64,000 nt of DNA from Bugula neritina. Its lineage: Eukaryota > Animalia > Bryozoa. The position numbers and the translations under genes are program-made. Shown here one piece after another: positions 1 to 11,300 of this stretch (the stretch's first letter is position 1; each line of letters opens with the position of its first letter). The stretch lies in contig OZ037766.1 in the NCBI GenBank assembly GCA_964035545.1, positions 30,168,274-30,232,273 of the forward strand, written 5' to 3'. The notes beneath the pieces are model-generated. The model was not told the origin of the DNA, ran no database searches, and was given only the letters and a program-made list of their open reading frames with translations.

Positions 1-2
1 TG

Positions 3-189
3 CATAAAAACAGTAATAACCAAAGAAACTACATTAGTTTACTGAGAGACGCAAAGCTTTAAAGTCAAAATTTTTAGGTGTGTAAGTTTGTTTCCTAACG
101 ACTATTCTTTTTGTAATTTTTATTTATTCATGGATTTACTAAACTCAAAATTTAAATCCATGGGCTTATACTATAATACATATTTATAG
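3..189 (+). promoter_or_regulatory. Putative core promoter and 5'UTR intron of secreted-family copy 1
   Basis: CATAAAA at 3-9 and Inr-like TTAGTT at 34-39. Donor GT at 78 or 82 (gtaagt), acceptor tttatAG at 188-189, ATG at 204. The same layout occurs upstream of copy 3 (13854-14046). Confidence 0.5.
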
Positions 190-203
190 AAACAAAACTC
201 AAG

Positions 204-1378
204 ATGAGAGTTTGGATTCTGATAGCATTGATACTGAGCGCAGCAGTAGTGTTGATCTCTTCACAAAACGAAGCAGGTTTTCCCTCTGGAGTCTCTCTTC
301 GTAAGTTCTTAAGATACAATCCTTTAGACAGAGGTAGTTATATAGCTCCAAAAACTGGCACAGTAATGTAATTGTTATGTTTGTGAACTTTGCTCCTAGA
401 TTGTAGTAAACAAGTTTTTACAATTGGTAAAATATTTAGCTCAATAGACAAATCAAGTTAAAATTGAATTATCGTAGTAATTTTACTGATCAGTTATTTA
501 TTTTTAATTTTTGCATGACATCAATTTTTTTTATTTTTTTTTTATTTAATATTTTATTAGTAGAAAACTAGTTGAAATTACAACTATATTGATAAAATAA
601 ATCACTGAATTTTAATACTTATCAGGAAGTTATATTTGCATCTTCTCAGAGTATGTATTGAAAAACTACTTTCTATTTCAAAAGTTATTCACAAGTCTTA
701 ATTTCTATGACATGCGTTTCATTTATTATTTTAGCTTGCCAGGCCTGTTTACGTACTCGTACTCAAGCATGTTTTCAGCGTTTAGGAGGTGGTAGGGGTG
801 GTAGAGGTCGTAGGGGTGACAGAGGTGTCAGGAGAGGAAATAGAAGAGGGGGCAGGAAAGGTAGAAGAGGGGGTAGAAAAGGAGAAAGAAGAGGTAGAAG
901 AGGGAGCAGAAGAGATAGAAGAAGAAGTAGCAGGAAAGAAGGAAGGAGAAGTAGAAAAGAGGAAAGGAGAAGTCTCAAGATCCAAGCTCAGTTCTGCAAT
1001 GTAGAAGCAGCAACACTTTGTACTAGTCTTTGTCAGCCACCAATTCAAGCACCCACCTTAGCACCAATCACTTCAGCACCAATCACTTCAGCACCAAACA
1101 CACCACCACCAATTATGCTACCTTTAATTACACCACCACCAATTACACCAGCTCCTATTACACCAGCACCAATTGCAGCTGCACCAACCACTGCTGTAAT
1201 AACCAAACCAACGTTAACCACTGCTGCACCAACTGCAGCTGCTCTAACCCCTTCAGCGTTGTTCATACCAGCAGTAGTTGTACTACCACCAACCACAACT
1301 GTACCAACAACCACAACTGTACCAACAACCACAACTGTACTAACAACTACGGTAAACCCAATGTACCAAGGTAAATGA
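204..1378 (+). CDS. Secreted Cys-motif / cationic-insert / Pro-Thr-stalk protein, copy 1 (intact, 246 aa); join(204..300,735..1378)
   Basis: Exon 1 MRVWILIALILSAAVVLISSQNEAGFPSGVSL (signal-peptide-like) ends at gtaagt 301. Acceptor ttag 731-734; a phase-1 join gives PCQACLRTRTQAC-(74 aa R/G/K-rich)-CNVEAATLCTSLC-QPP, then ITPAP and PTTTTV repeats, ending YQGK*. Exon structure is identical in copy 3. Confidence 0.85.
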
Positions 1379-2200
1379 AGATAACCTCTGAGTAGAAATT
1401 ACTTTTTTTTTATAACGTGTATAAAACTAGAACAAAACGTATTGTGGTTATAGAAAAAATATTTAATACAAATTCCTGTATGTTAATCTTCCATATACAC
1501 TTTTGTTCAGTAGTTTATATTTAATTTTCTACATGCTCTGTTTAAAATATAACAATAATTATAATAAATATGCATATGTGGGTACTTTCATGTGTGCAGT
1601 GTGTCCAAGCATTTAAATCTGTATTTTAAATAAATTCATTTTTTACCCGCAATTATAGTCTGTTCAAACTACTAATGAGTAATTTGTCCATGTGTTCACA
1701 TTGCATCAGTTTTGACTGACCAAGCTTATAGCTGCTTTAAAGGATTATTATTTTAACTGATTATAGTTAGTTAAAATTTTAATCTATTTACCAATAAGAG
1801 TTCATGCAATAGAGCATATAATCAGTCTGTCTTACAGTGAGAAATATAAGTTTAGTAGCCAAATGATCACTATAGGATCATTCACTATTACAACTCAGTC
1901 AAACTTAATAGCTTAGTCATATATAATCAAATGTATCATGATTTTTCTAAATCTCAAAACATTTAGTTGAACATAATATCATCAGGCTCTTTTACAGAGT
2001 TTAGTCAGAAATAATAACATATATTATAGTTCTGTAAAAGTGTATTGTTAAATAATGATGATTTTAGCTTGTGGAACAAATGTAAGAGCTCAGCTAATCA
2101 TTCTCAGATAACCACCAATAATATATGATATCATCGCCAAACTGAATTTTAAGTGCTATAAGCAGTGCTAAAACTACACAGCTGTAGTACAGCATTTTAT

Positions 2201-2334
2201 AAAATTAGGCTGTCATAAAGCTATAAAATATGCATCTATAGATGCATATTTTACACGTCTTAAATAAAATAGATGATACCATCAACAAGTATGAATCTCT
2301 AATTTAATAAATAGCTTTATGACAGCCTAATTTT
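2201..2334. mobile_element. Small MITE-like inverted-repeat element
   Basis: aaaattaggctgtcataaagctat (2201-2224) is inverted at 2311-2334, with an internal palindrome at ~2224-2253. Confidence 0.55.
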
Positions 2335-3769
2335 CCTGTATTATAAAATTACGTATTATGATGAAGTAGATACTAATTTCTTTTCATTGTTTTGGTGTAT
2401 TTACTTAATAACATCATCATTTTTAAAATACAAATATGTCCTGAGATTTTGAGTTTTTTTAAATGATGTGACTTAGTATATATAGGACATAAAAAAATAC
2501 ATACATATATAACCTCATTATAAAATAGTTTTAATTTTTAGTTTGTTGAACTAACCAACATCAATGCTGCCAATACAGTTCAAATACTCGTGGGGATGCA
2601 ATAGTCGTCATATCTGTGTGATAACCACTGACTGAGAGTTTTTTTAAGAAGACTCTGTCACCATTGTGGCGAAATAGTAATTGTGACTAAATGCTCTCCC
2701 TAAAGTCATCAATGCGTGACCATTAATGGTAACTAAACTACTAAATAAGTGTTTACAAATGCAGCAATGTAAATTCTATAGACAACGCAGTTTCACCCTA
2801 ATATAATAATAAATTAGTTTGCTGTCATATTATATATATTTTCTTGGCACAGTCTTCAAAGCCAAGTCTTCTACATTTTCTAAAAATATGTGGCTTGATT
2901 AAATTATGAATAAAACTTTTTGATTTATTACAGATTAAGAATTATAATATCTTTTGGATTGGCAAACATTATTTAATTTACCAGAAAAACCTCAAAAAGA
3001 ATTTTGATTTTATTCTAGTTTGCTAACAAAATGTATCTTTGCTATTAAGATGTCATTTTTATGATTAATAGATAGAACAATCGAAACTTAAAAGCAACTT
3101 AAAATGTCTAATTTGCAAAAAAAATTAGGCCTGAGGTTTTATGATAAAATGAATTTTTGGCCAACTTTTCTAACCTATTTGTCGTTGGAAACATTTAAAA
3201 ACAAAAAGCTTTTTAGAAAATAACAATAAAATGCTATGAGACAGTAAACTCAGTTAAATTTCCAAAGCTACTCACATATATATCAGAATGCTTTTGTACT
3301 ATTTGAAGGTTATGATAGATTAGCAATTAAAGTAGTTGTAGAAGAAGGTATCCAGCTAGTTCAACCAAAGTTTTTCAATGGCAATTGTGAAAAAAAAACT
3401 GTCAGTCATGTGTTGATGTCTTTTTTCACTAAAACCAAATGCATAAACATTTTACTCACTCAGATAGAGCCAATCATGTGCCTGTAAGTTTGTTGGCACA
3501 ACCCGCTTTTATAGTTATACGAAGCAGGCTAAACCGCCATGTGGAAAATTTGAATCAGTGCCATTTTTCTTATAACACAACTTGTTTTAAGTATTTATGC
3601 AAGCTGGAAAGTGATTTATTATAGAGATTAACAATAAAAAGCACGAAAAGATGAATAAATATTATTATAAACAAATAACAGCAATTTTTGATATGATCTG
3701 TCATATTGCAACCATACATTTTACATCTTTATAAGAATTCTGGAAACGCTTTAAAATTCCAAGCAGCAA

Positions 3770-4430
3770 TTTTGTATATGATGCTGTTTCTTATTTTTGC
3801 TATCAAATAAAGTTTACTGATTATTTAAAATCTTAAGTTAATTTATTTCACGCTTGTAACTGGACATATCAGCAATGTGTAACATCAGAACTTGGCAAAC
3901 ATTTCTAACGATAATCACCATTCCAAAAACTACAGAACTTCTTTTGAAAAAGTTATCAATTTCAGATGAAGCATGCATGTGGCTAAATTTTTCAATTTGA
4001 CTTTAGGAGTTTAGTATACTAAAAACTTTTATATTATAATTGAAAACCAATTGCTAACATGGATTGTGATGTGGGAATATCGAAAATTGCAATATTTTTT
4101 TATCTAAAACAATTGGGAATTTTGTGTCTAGCGCTTAATAGGGGGTAAAATTGAGTTTTAATATAACAGTGCTTGCCTGTATACAAGACATATTATTCAC
4201 AGTGCTAACATAAAAGGTTTTATGAAATGTTAGTTGAAGAAACTCTGAAAAATTTTGAATTTTTATTGAGTCAATAAATTAAATAAATGTCATCAATTGT
4301 AGAGTTGATGAAAGTATTAATTCTATTTTTAAAGATTTGCCTTATCCACATATTAAAACTCATATGTTAAAAATAATAGTTATTTCAACACTATTTTCAA
4401 AATCATCACAATGACTTCAGGTTTTACAAA
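3770..4430 (+). repeat. Paralogous 3'UTR/poly(A) and downstream flank of the secreted gene family, displaced ~2.4 kb from the copy 1 stop
   Basis: 3780-4080 aligns by eye with 15342-15640 (copy 3 3' end, including tatcAATAAA at 3806-3811 vs 15367-15372). 4215-4335 aligns with 55830-55955 (copy 5 flank). Confidence 0.75.
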
Positions 4431-4434
4431 GCTC

Positions 4435-4733
4435 TTTGAGTAAGCATATATAGCTACATATTAATGTATACATGTCACTAAGTTTTTAGATTGCAATCCT
4501 ATATTGACTTGTATCTGTGATTATTCAAATGTCACCTGTGAAGTTGTTGTATATTCATACCAGTTGTAACATTTTAAGCTTGACCACAGGTTTTTTAACA
4601 TAATAACCGTAATCTTTGTAAAGAAAACTCTACAGGTGACATTTGAATAATCACAAATACAAGTCAAATCTAGGATTTCAATCTAAAAACTCAGTAATTT
4701 GTATACTTTATTATGTAGCTATGGTTACTCAAA
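4435..4733. mobile_element. MITE-like foldback element
   Basis: ~110-bp imperfect inverted repeats at 4435-4545 and 4626-4733 (e.g. tgtgattattcaaatgtcacctgt / acaggtgacatttgaataatcaca). Confidence 0.6.
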
Positions 4734-4737
4734 AAAT

Positions 4738-5022
<285 letters not shown>

Positions 5023-5789
5023 TATTATGTCTGTCATATATATATAAGTGATCAATAAAATATATGGCAACTGTTGCTGTCTACACATAATTAAAATAAA
5101 TGCATAATCCTCGTTAATACTGAAACCCCATGCCGAATGCAAGTTTAAACCCTTTGGTGCTTATAGTTGGTTTAGAAGCAACTGATAATAGACATGATAG
5201 GGAAGTTAGTAGCAGCTGCCCTTAACTGCTTTGTTTAAGATAGTAAGCTTCTAGCATTCCTACAGATTTCCATTATTCTCCTAATACTATCATCAGCAAC
5301 TACAAACAGTGTAGCAGTTCGTGGATGTTAGGAGATTCCTTGGCATGATGTCATATGATTTACATACCATATAACAATGAGCTGCTATGCAGAGCTTTTT
5401 GGTATGAGTTAGGAGAAGACAACTCCTGGGAGTAAAATTATATCTATGCTTCTAATAAAGTTGATGATAAAGTGTTTTTGCTTGTGATTTCGTGTTTTAA
5501 TTAACATTTACAATCATGCTAGTACACGTATGTTTTATAAGGAAGGAGCATTGAGGTTTACTAAGATTTTCTTTTGTTATTCAAATTAGTTAAATGTGTT
5601 AAGATATTTTCAATTATGTGGTACCACTGTTATTGTCTTAAAACTCAAAAAATTCTTTTAGTTTTATAGTTCGTGTTGTGAAAGCAAGGACATGAAACGA
5701 CTGAAAAAAAAGAAAAAAGTGCAAAAATTTTCCTATCACAGCGACTGTACACAGATTAAGACATAATGCTCTCACTTTATGGTCAGTAA

Positions 5790-6020
5790 TTGAGTTCTCT
5801 ATAACCATCCAAGTCACAGCTAGCATTTTTTAAGGCTCGTGACTCTTAGATAAACTCCTAGAGTCACTTGAGCTCTCTGGTTTAAGCTTACACACCGTTT
5901 AAATATGCTTTAGTGAAACTACAATTTTTTATACTATAACTATTGCGAAGCTGTGGGCCATGGTACTCTGTTCTGTGCTGAGGAGGGGACAAATCCCAAA
6001 ACAGCTGCTGTACACAGATT
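5790..6020 (+). mobile_element. Non-coding hammerhead-bearing repeat (Penelope pLTR/retrozyme-like), degenerate copy
   Basis: Homologous to 27671-27897 (gctcgtgactc...tagagtcacttgagc...tattgcgaag.tgtgggccatggtactctgttctgtgctga). It ends at a microsatellite. Confidence 0.7.
5972..6018 (+). ncRNA. Type I hammerhead ribozyme, probably inactive (GAAA to AAAA)
   Basis: tctgtg CTGAGGA gggg-acaaa-tccc aAAA cag-ctg-ctg TA cacaga. All stems are intact; the core G is lost, consistent with CpG decay. Confidence 0.65.
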
Positions 6021-6069
6021 GACACACACACACACGCGCGCGCACGCACACACGCACGCACACACACAT

Positions 6070-6240
6070 GTAGAGTAGAGTAGAGTAGAGTAGGGTAGGG
6101 TAGGGTAGGGCAGGGTAGGGTAGGGTAGGGTAGGGTAGGGTAGGGTAGGGTAGGGTAGGGTAGGGTAGGGTAGGGTAGGGTAGGGTAGGGTAGGGTAGGG
6201 TAGGGTAGGGTAGAGTAGAGTAGAGTAGAGTAGAGTAGGG
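6070..6240 (+). repeat. (TAGAG)n/(TAGGG)n pentamer array
   Basis: Seen directly. Confidence 0.95.
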
Positions 6241-6282
6241 TAATGGTAACGGTTGGCAACGGTTGGTAACAGTTGGTATATA

Positions 6283-6393
6283 ACAGTACAAAAATTTCAA
6301 CGGGTGGCTTTTACAATGCAATGCAACCCGGAGAAATTTCAACCCGGCCAAATTGAAATTTTGACCGAAAATCGTGAAGGTATAAACGCAACT
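6283..6393 (+). mobile_element. Right end of a PIF/Harbinger-type MITE
   Basis: Near-identical to 19257-19367; ends in TIR aggtataaacgcaact followed by TTA. Confidence 0.75.
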
Positions 6394-6831
6394 TTACTAG
6401 ATTTTAAATGAAAATGGAACAGGCATTAATGACACAGGTAAAAATGGCACACAGATGTTAAACTTTTCCAAACCCCAAACCTTTATCCCAAACTCAAATC
6501 CCCATTCTAAACCATCAAATTTTCATATGGAAAGTGCGTCATTTTTATCTGCTTTTTCATATGTGTTATCTTAATACCTGTGTCACTTTACCAATTAAAC
6601 ACTATGTTACTAGCATCAGTGTACTTTAAATCGTGATTCAATATTCATTAGGCTATTTGAAAAAACTATAGCCAAAGTTAAAGTAAAGTTGTTTTTAAAA
6701 TAACAAAATAAGTTTTGATACTGATGACCAAACTTTTTTTTCTCCGAATATTTAGATAGTAAATTTTAAAATTTCAAAGATTATTTACTGCTTTTCATTG
6801 TTATGGCCCAAATTTGATTGTTTTCTTTCAG

Positions 6832-7486
6832 ATTGTCAAGACTGCTTACGTACTCGTAGTCAAGCATGTCTTCGCCGTCTAGAAAATAGTAGGAGAGGTA
6901 AAAGTAGTAGAAAAGCCAGAAGAAAAGGCAGAAAAAGTATAAAAAAAGGAAGTAGAAGTAGTAGAAAGAAAGGGGGCAAATCTGCAAGGAGAAATAGCAG
7001 AAGACAACAAAAGAGAGATGACAGAAGAGCTAGAAGAAGAGGTCTTGGGAACAGAGCTCAACTCTGCAATGTAGCAGCAGGACAGCTCTGTGTTACTTTT
7101 TGCCAGCCGCCAACCTCAGCAACTACACCATTTCCAATTACTCCAGCACCAATCACCCCAGCACCATTCACACCACCTCCATTTATACTATACCTGTCAT
7201 TACACCAGCACTCATTACACCAGCTCCTATTACACCAGCTCCTGTCACTGCTGCACCACCAACTCCCGAACCAACCTCCACAACAACCTCTGCACTAACC
7301 CTAGCACCAACCCCTTCACCAACCCCCGCACCAACCCAAGCCCCAACTCCAGCACCAACCACCACAACAACCACCACAACAACCACCACAACAACCACCA
7401 CAACAACCACCACAACAACCACCACAACAACCACCACAACAACCCCCACAACAACCGCTGCACCTGGTCCAAAGGGAAAAAGATGA
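6832..7486 (+). pseudogene. Secreted-family copy 2 (exon 2 only, frameshifted; exon 1 not found)
   Basis: Acceptor tttcag 6826-6831. CQDCLRTRSQAC-(65 aa basic)-CNVAAGQLCVTFCQPP is intact. An extra TA at ~7191 relative to paralogues (cca ttt atg cta cct) shifts the Pro/Thr stalk, which ends PKGKR* in the other frame. AATAAA at 7656-7661. The upstream intron (homologous to 53805-54228) is cut at 6394 by repeats. Confidence 0.75.
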
Positions 7487-8010
7487 TAATAAAAAATGTG
7501 TTTGAAACCGTAGCATCTGTGCAGTTGGCTGCATGTACTAAATTATTTTGACCGTTTGATTTCTTTTTTGTTTTGCAAATTAACATGTTTTTTGTGAAAC
7601 TATGATGATTTGGAAAATTTTGATGTCTATACTGAATTTGCATTTGTAGCTATCAAATAAATTTTATTGTTTTATTTACAACTGCACAAGCTAAATTATA
7701 TTCCTTTTTTACTATAACGCACTTTATAAGAATATTCATGAGCAACATCATCATTTGTTAAACATTTCTAACTAAAATAGTCAATTTCAGAATTCAAAAA
7801 TTTCACAATTACTTTACACTCTATATAATATATTGTCCAGCCACAATTAATTTCCATGCATCTGTTACGCAGTGTCAAAGCTTTTAGAAGTAAGTTGTAT
7901 ATTCTTTAATTTGCTGCTATATTTTGTGTTGAGCTGCAATAATATAAATTATATTTAGTTTGTGTAGTATGATTGTACTGATAGAGCACTAGATAGCAAC
8001 TGACAACCAA

Positions 8011-11000
8011 CCCCACTAACAATTTACATTTATATCACATTCGAAAAAACGTTTATTAAAATATGTTTAAATGTCGACACCTTTTTTACTGCATATAATA
8101 GAATATTTAGGAAAAGCATTTTTGCCAAAACATTTCACAAATGTTGAGTTGCATTAAGTTGCATGTAGATGTGTTTTATACAACTTTGGTAAAAAGTTGT
8201 GATTCAACATTATTTAAATGTTTAAGTTTTAATGTATCTCTTTGTCTCACACAACGTTTAGGCAAAACGTTTTCTGCAAACCATTTTACCAACGTTTTAT
8301 AAACAAGTCATACAAACACTGCTATAATGTAGCTTTGATAACATTTTTATAATTTGTAAACCAACGTTAAGTTGAATGTTGAAATGTAAATGTAATTTAG
8401 CTTTTTTATCCAAATCGTTCTATAAACAACTTTTCATAAATCTTATTATAATATGTTGTGTAAACTCTATGCAGCATTGCAAATATAGGTTATTATAACC
8501 ATATGGCAAGGTTTACATAACCATTGCTATATGAAAGTATCTATATAGCAGTAAAATATTTTAAAAGTTTTGTATTGTTATTTATCAAAAGGACAAATTC
8601 ATACGTGGAGAAAGGACAATTCCTCATTTCTTCTTCTCTATTGTGCATCATAATAAGGTGTATTAACATTTGCAGCAGATCAACTATCGTGATAGTTGAC
8701 AACCGTCATAGCCAATCAGCGGATTCAGATTTGATACACTATAGGCCTCCAATTAGTAATGCATTGGGATGAGTGCTATTGACAAACATCTATATAGTTG
8801 ATTGTACAAGTTTGTATAACGCGCAGTTGAATAGCAGCATTGAAGTAGCTAAGTAGTGTTTCTGCTATCAGCAATTATGTAATGTTTTCTTATTTGTGCA
8901 GTAGTTACGTATACCTGTGCATTTTTTGTATAATAAACTCTTTTTTACTTTAACTTGGCAATATTGCATTAGCTCTAAATAACCCGTAATTGATGAAAGC
9001 GCAAATTCACAACAATATTATACAAGTGAGGCTTTTATATTGGATGTGTGTTCATAACTTTATTGTTTAAAAATGAAGAACAATAATTACAAACAATGAT
9101 TATTACTAAAAAAACATGTGTAACCTAAATTGAAGACATATTTGTCCAATTAAATGACCTAAAATGAGTTACATATAAAATAAATGTGGCAATGAGCAGA
9201 TAAATAAATTCATATTGGAGCTAATGCAACAATTATAGATAGCAACAGGTCTTAAGAAGTACAGCAAAAACTTAAACAGAAAAAAATTTAAACCAATTAT
9301 TTTAAAATGTTGCTTTAAAACATATATAGCTATTTAGTGAAGTCAGCGAAACATACTTTTCTGTATATTATAAGCAAGTAAACGAAATAACACCAATTAT
9401 CATATTTATAGAACGCTACTTCCTTTATATCCAAAGCTGAACATTAGCAACGAGCTTTATTACCACTTTGGAGATTTAAAGTTATTTTAGCTCTTTCTAT
9501 TAAGCTTCATCTAAAATTGAGGCCTAACTAAATGTTATAAAATATAAATAGGTTTCTGAAAATTGTGAATTCAGTCTGCTCATTCTTTTCCTCAAAACAT
9601 ATACTTAAAACTTCAAGGTCACGTTCTTTACAGTAAGATAGTGACCACCTACAAAGCACCAGAATACACACTAGAAACAAAAAACATACAATGTAAATGT
9701 ATATAAGCTGTGGTGAACTGAAGTGGTGTTTCAGAATAAGCTGTGAAAATGGGTGGGCAACTTCAAATTTCTGTATATTCCCCTATAAATATGACAAACA
9801 ATTTGATATATTCCTAAATGGGTAGGCAACTTTGAGCTTATGTACATTTCACTATAAAAATGACAAACAAGGGTGCAGATCATAAATGGGTGACAACTTC
9901 AAGTTTATGCAAATTCTGCAATAAAGATGGCAAACAAGACAGCTTTGATAGTGGGTGGGCAACTTCAATTTTAACTAGATTTTACTATAAAAGTGACTAA
10001 CAAGAAAGTTGAAATATGGGTGGGCAACTTCAACTTTATAAAAATTTTGCCATAAAGATGACAAACAATAAAATTAGGAAATAGGTGGGCAACTTCAATT
10101 TTATGTACATTTCACTATCAAGATGGCATACAAGAAAGTTAGAAAATTGGTGGGCAACTTCAATTTTATGTACATTTCACTATCAAGATGGCATACAAGA
10201 CTGTTCAGAGGTTGGTGGGTACTTTATATTCAATGTAAATTTTATTTTTGAAATGACAAACAATTTGACACGTTTATAAATGGGTGGGCAACTTCAATGT
10301 TGTGTACATTCAGTTATAAAAATGACCAACAAGAGTGTTCGGAATTTGGTGTACAAACTAGACTTTATGTAAATTTTACTATAAAGGAGATAAACAAGAA
10401 ATTTAGAACATAGTGTAATGGATTTTCATCCCCTATCGTTTTGAAAAATTCTAGTTGCTATCACTGAAAAATACCCTGCCTTTTGTTCTCTCTCACAAAG
10501 TTACTACAATAGGTAGGCAACTTCACGCTATAAAGATGATTAACAATAATATCTGATCATAAGTGGGTGACCTCAACTTTATACACACTGCTCTATAAAA
10601 ATGACAAACAAATAAAAACTTGTGAAAATAGGTGGGCAATTTCTAATTCATGTACATTTTACTATAAAAATAACTAACAAGGAAATGGAAAAATGGGTAG
10701 GCAACTTTCAGTTAAATTCCAATAAATTACTTAAAACTGCGAAATATTGCACTTTTCAAATAATTATTGATATAATGTAGATTTTGACTTAACTTCGTAC
10801 ATAACACCATTAGTGCATAGCTTATATGTTTGCATTTAAACAAAATTTTAAACTTTTTAAAAAAATTGATAACTATTATAATGCAAAATTTAAATTAATA
10901 AAATATGTTTCTTTCCAACATTACAAGCTTCAAATAATCAGAATTGGGCTCACCAACCTATCAATAAGTTCACATAGTGGCACCTGTGCATTTACTCATA

Positions 11001-11300
11001 TACAGTGTGTAAATTACAGATAACTTCATTGGTATGACTATAAATTTACCTGAATAGCCAAGTACATGGGAATAGCTAAACTTCTATCATTCAATACAAG
11101 CAAGGTATAGATAGATTCTTCTTGACGCAGAGCCTGGATGTTTCTCATATCAAGTAACCACAGATGTGAAAATGGCCTAAGGGAAATAAGAAAATATACA
11201 CAGACTAAACTAATAATTGAAATAGGCTATAACAAACTATTTTCTGACAAAAAAGGAATATTTTGTAAAAAGCTAGAATGGTAAGGGTAACGGGAAGGGG
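8011..11300. mobile_element. Putative DNA-transposon relic (CCCCACTAAC terminus, AACGTT-rich subterminal region, internal ~65-bp array), copy 1
   Basis: Colinear with 48091-51020. The left edge interrupts the copy 2 flank exactly where the paralogous flanks (24110, 56150) continue uninterrupted. Confidence 0.6.
9745..10712 (+). repeat. Degenerate ~65-bp tandem array (about 14-15 units)
   Basis: Unit consensus ggtgggcaacttcaattttatgtacatttcactataaagatgacaaacaag plus a short variable tail. Confidence 0.85.

Noticed and set aside
707-734. ATG at 707 as the start of copy 1 (likewise ORF starts at 6798, 14836, 54195, 57257)
   Set aside because: These lie in the intron polypyrimidine tract or mid-exon. 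Paralogue conservation starts at the AG acceptor, and a conserved signal-peptide exon exists upstream.
782-985. Protamine or RGG-type nuclear protein
   Set aside because: The basic tract follows a hydrophobic leader and is embedded between Cys clusters and a mucin-like tail, which points to secretion.
775-1332. Minus-strand Leu/Pro-rich and Val/Gly/Ala-rich ORFs (also at 7183-7643, 14517-15164, 54257-55289)
   Set aside because: Antisense shadows of the low-complexity plus-strand exons.
9745-10712. CRISPR-like array (also 49365-50420)
   Set aside because: Units are degenerate along their whole length, have no unique spacers of regular size and no cas genes nearby, and the context is eukaryotic.
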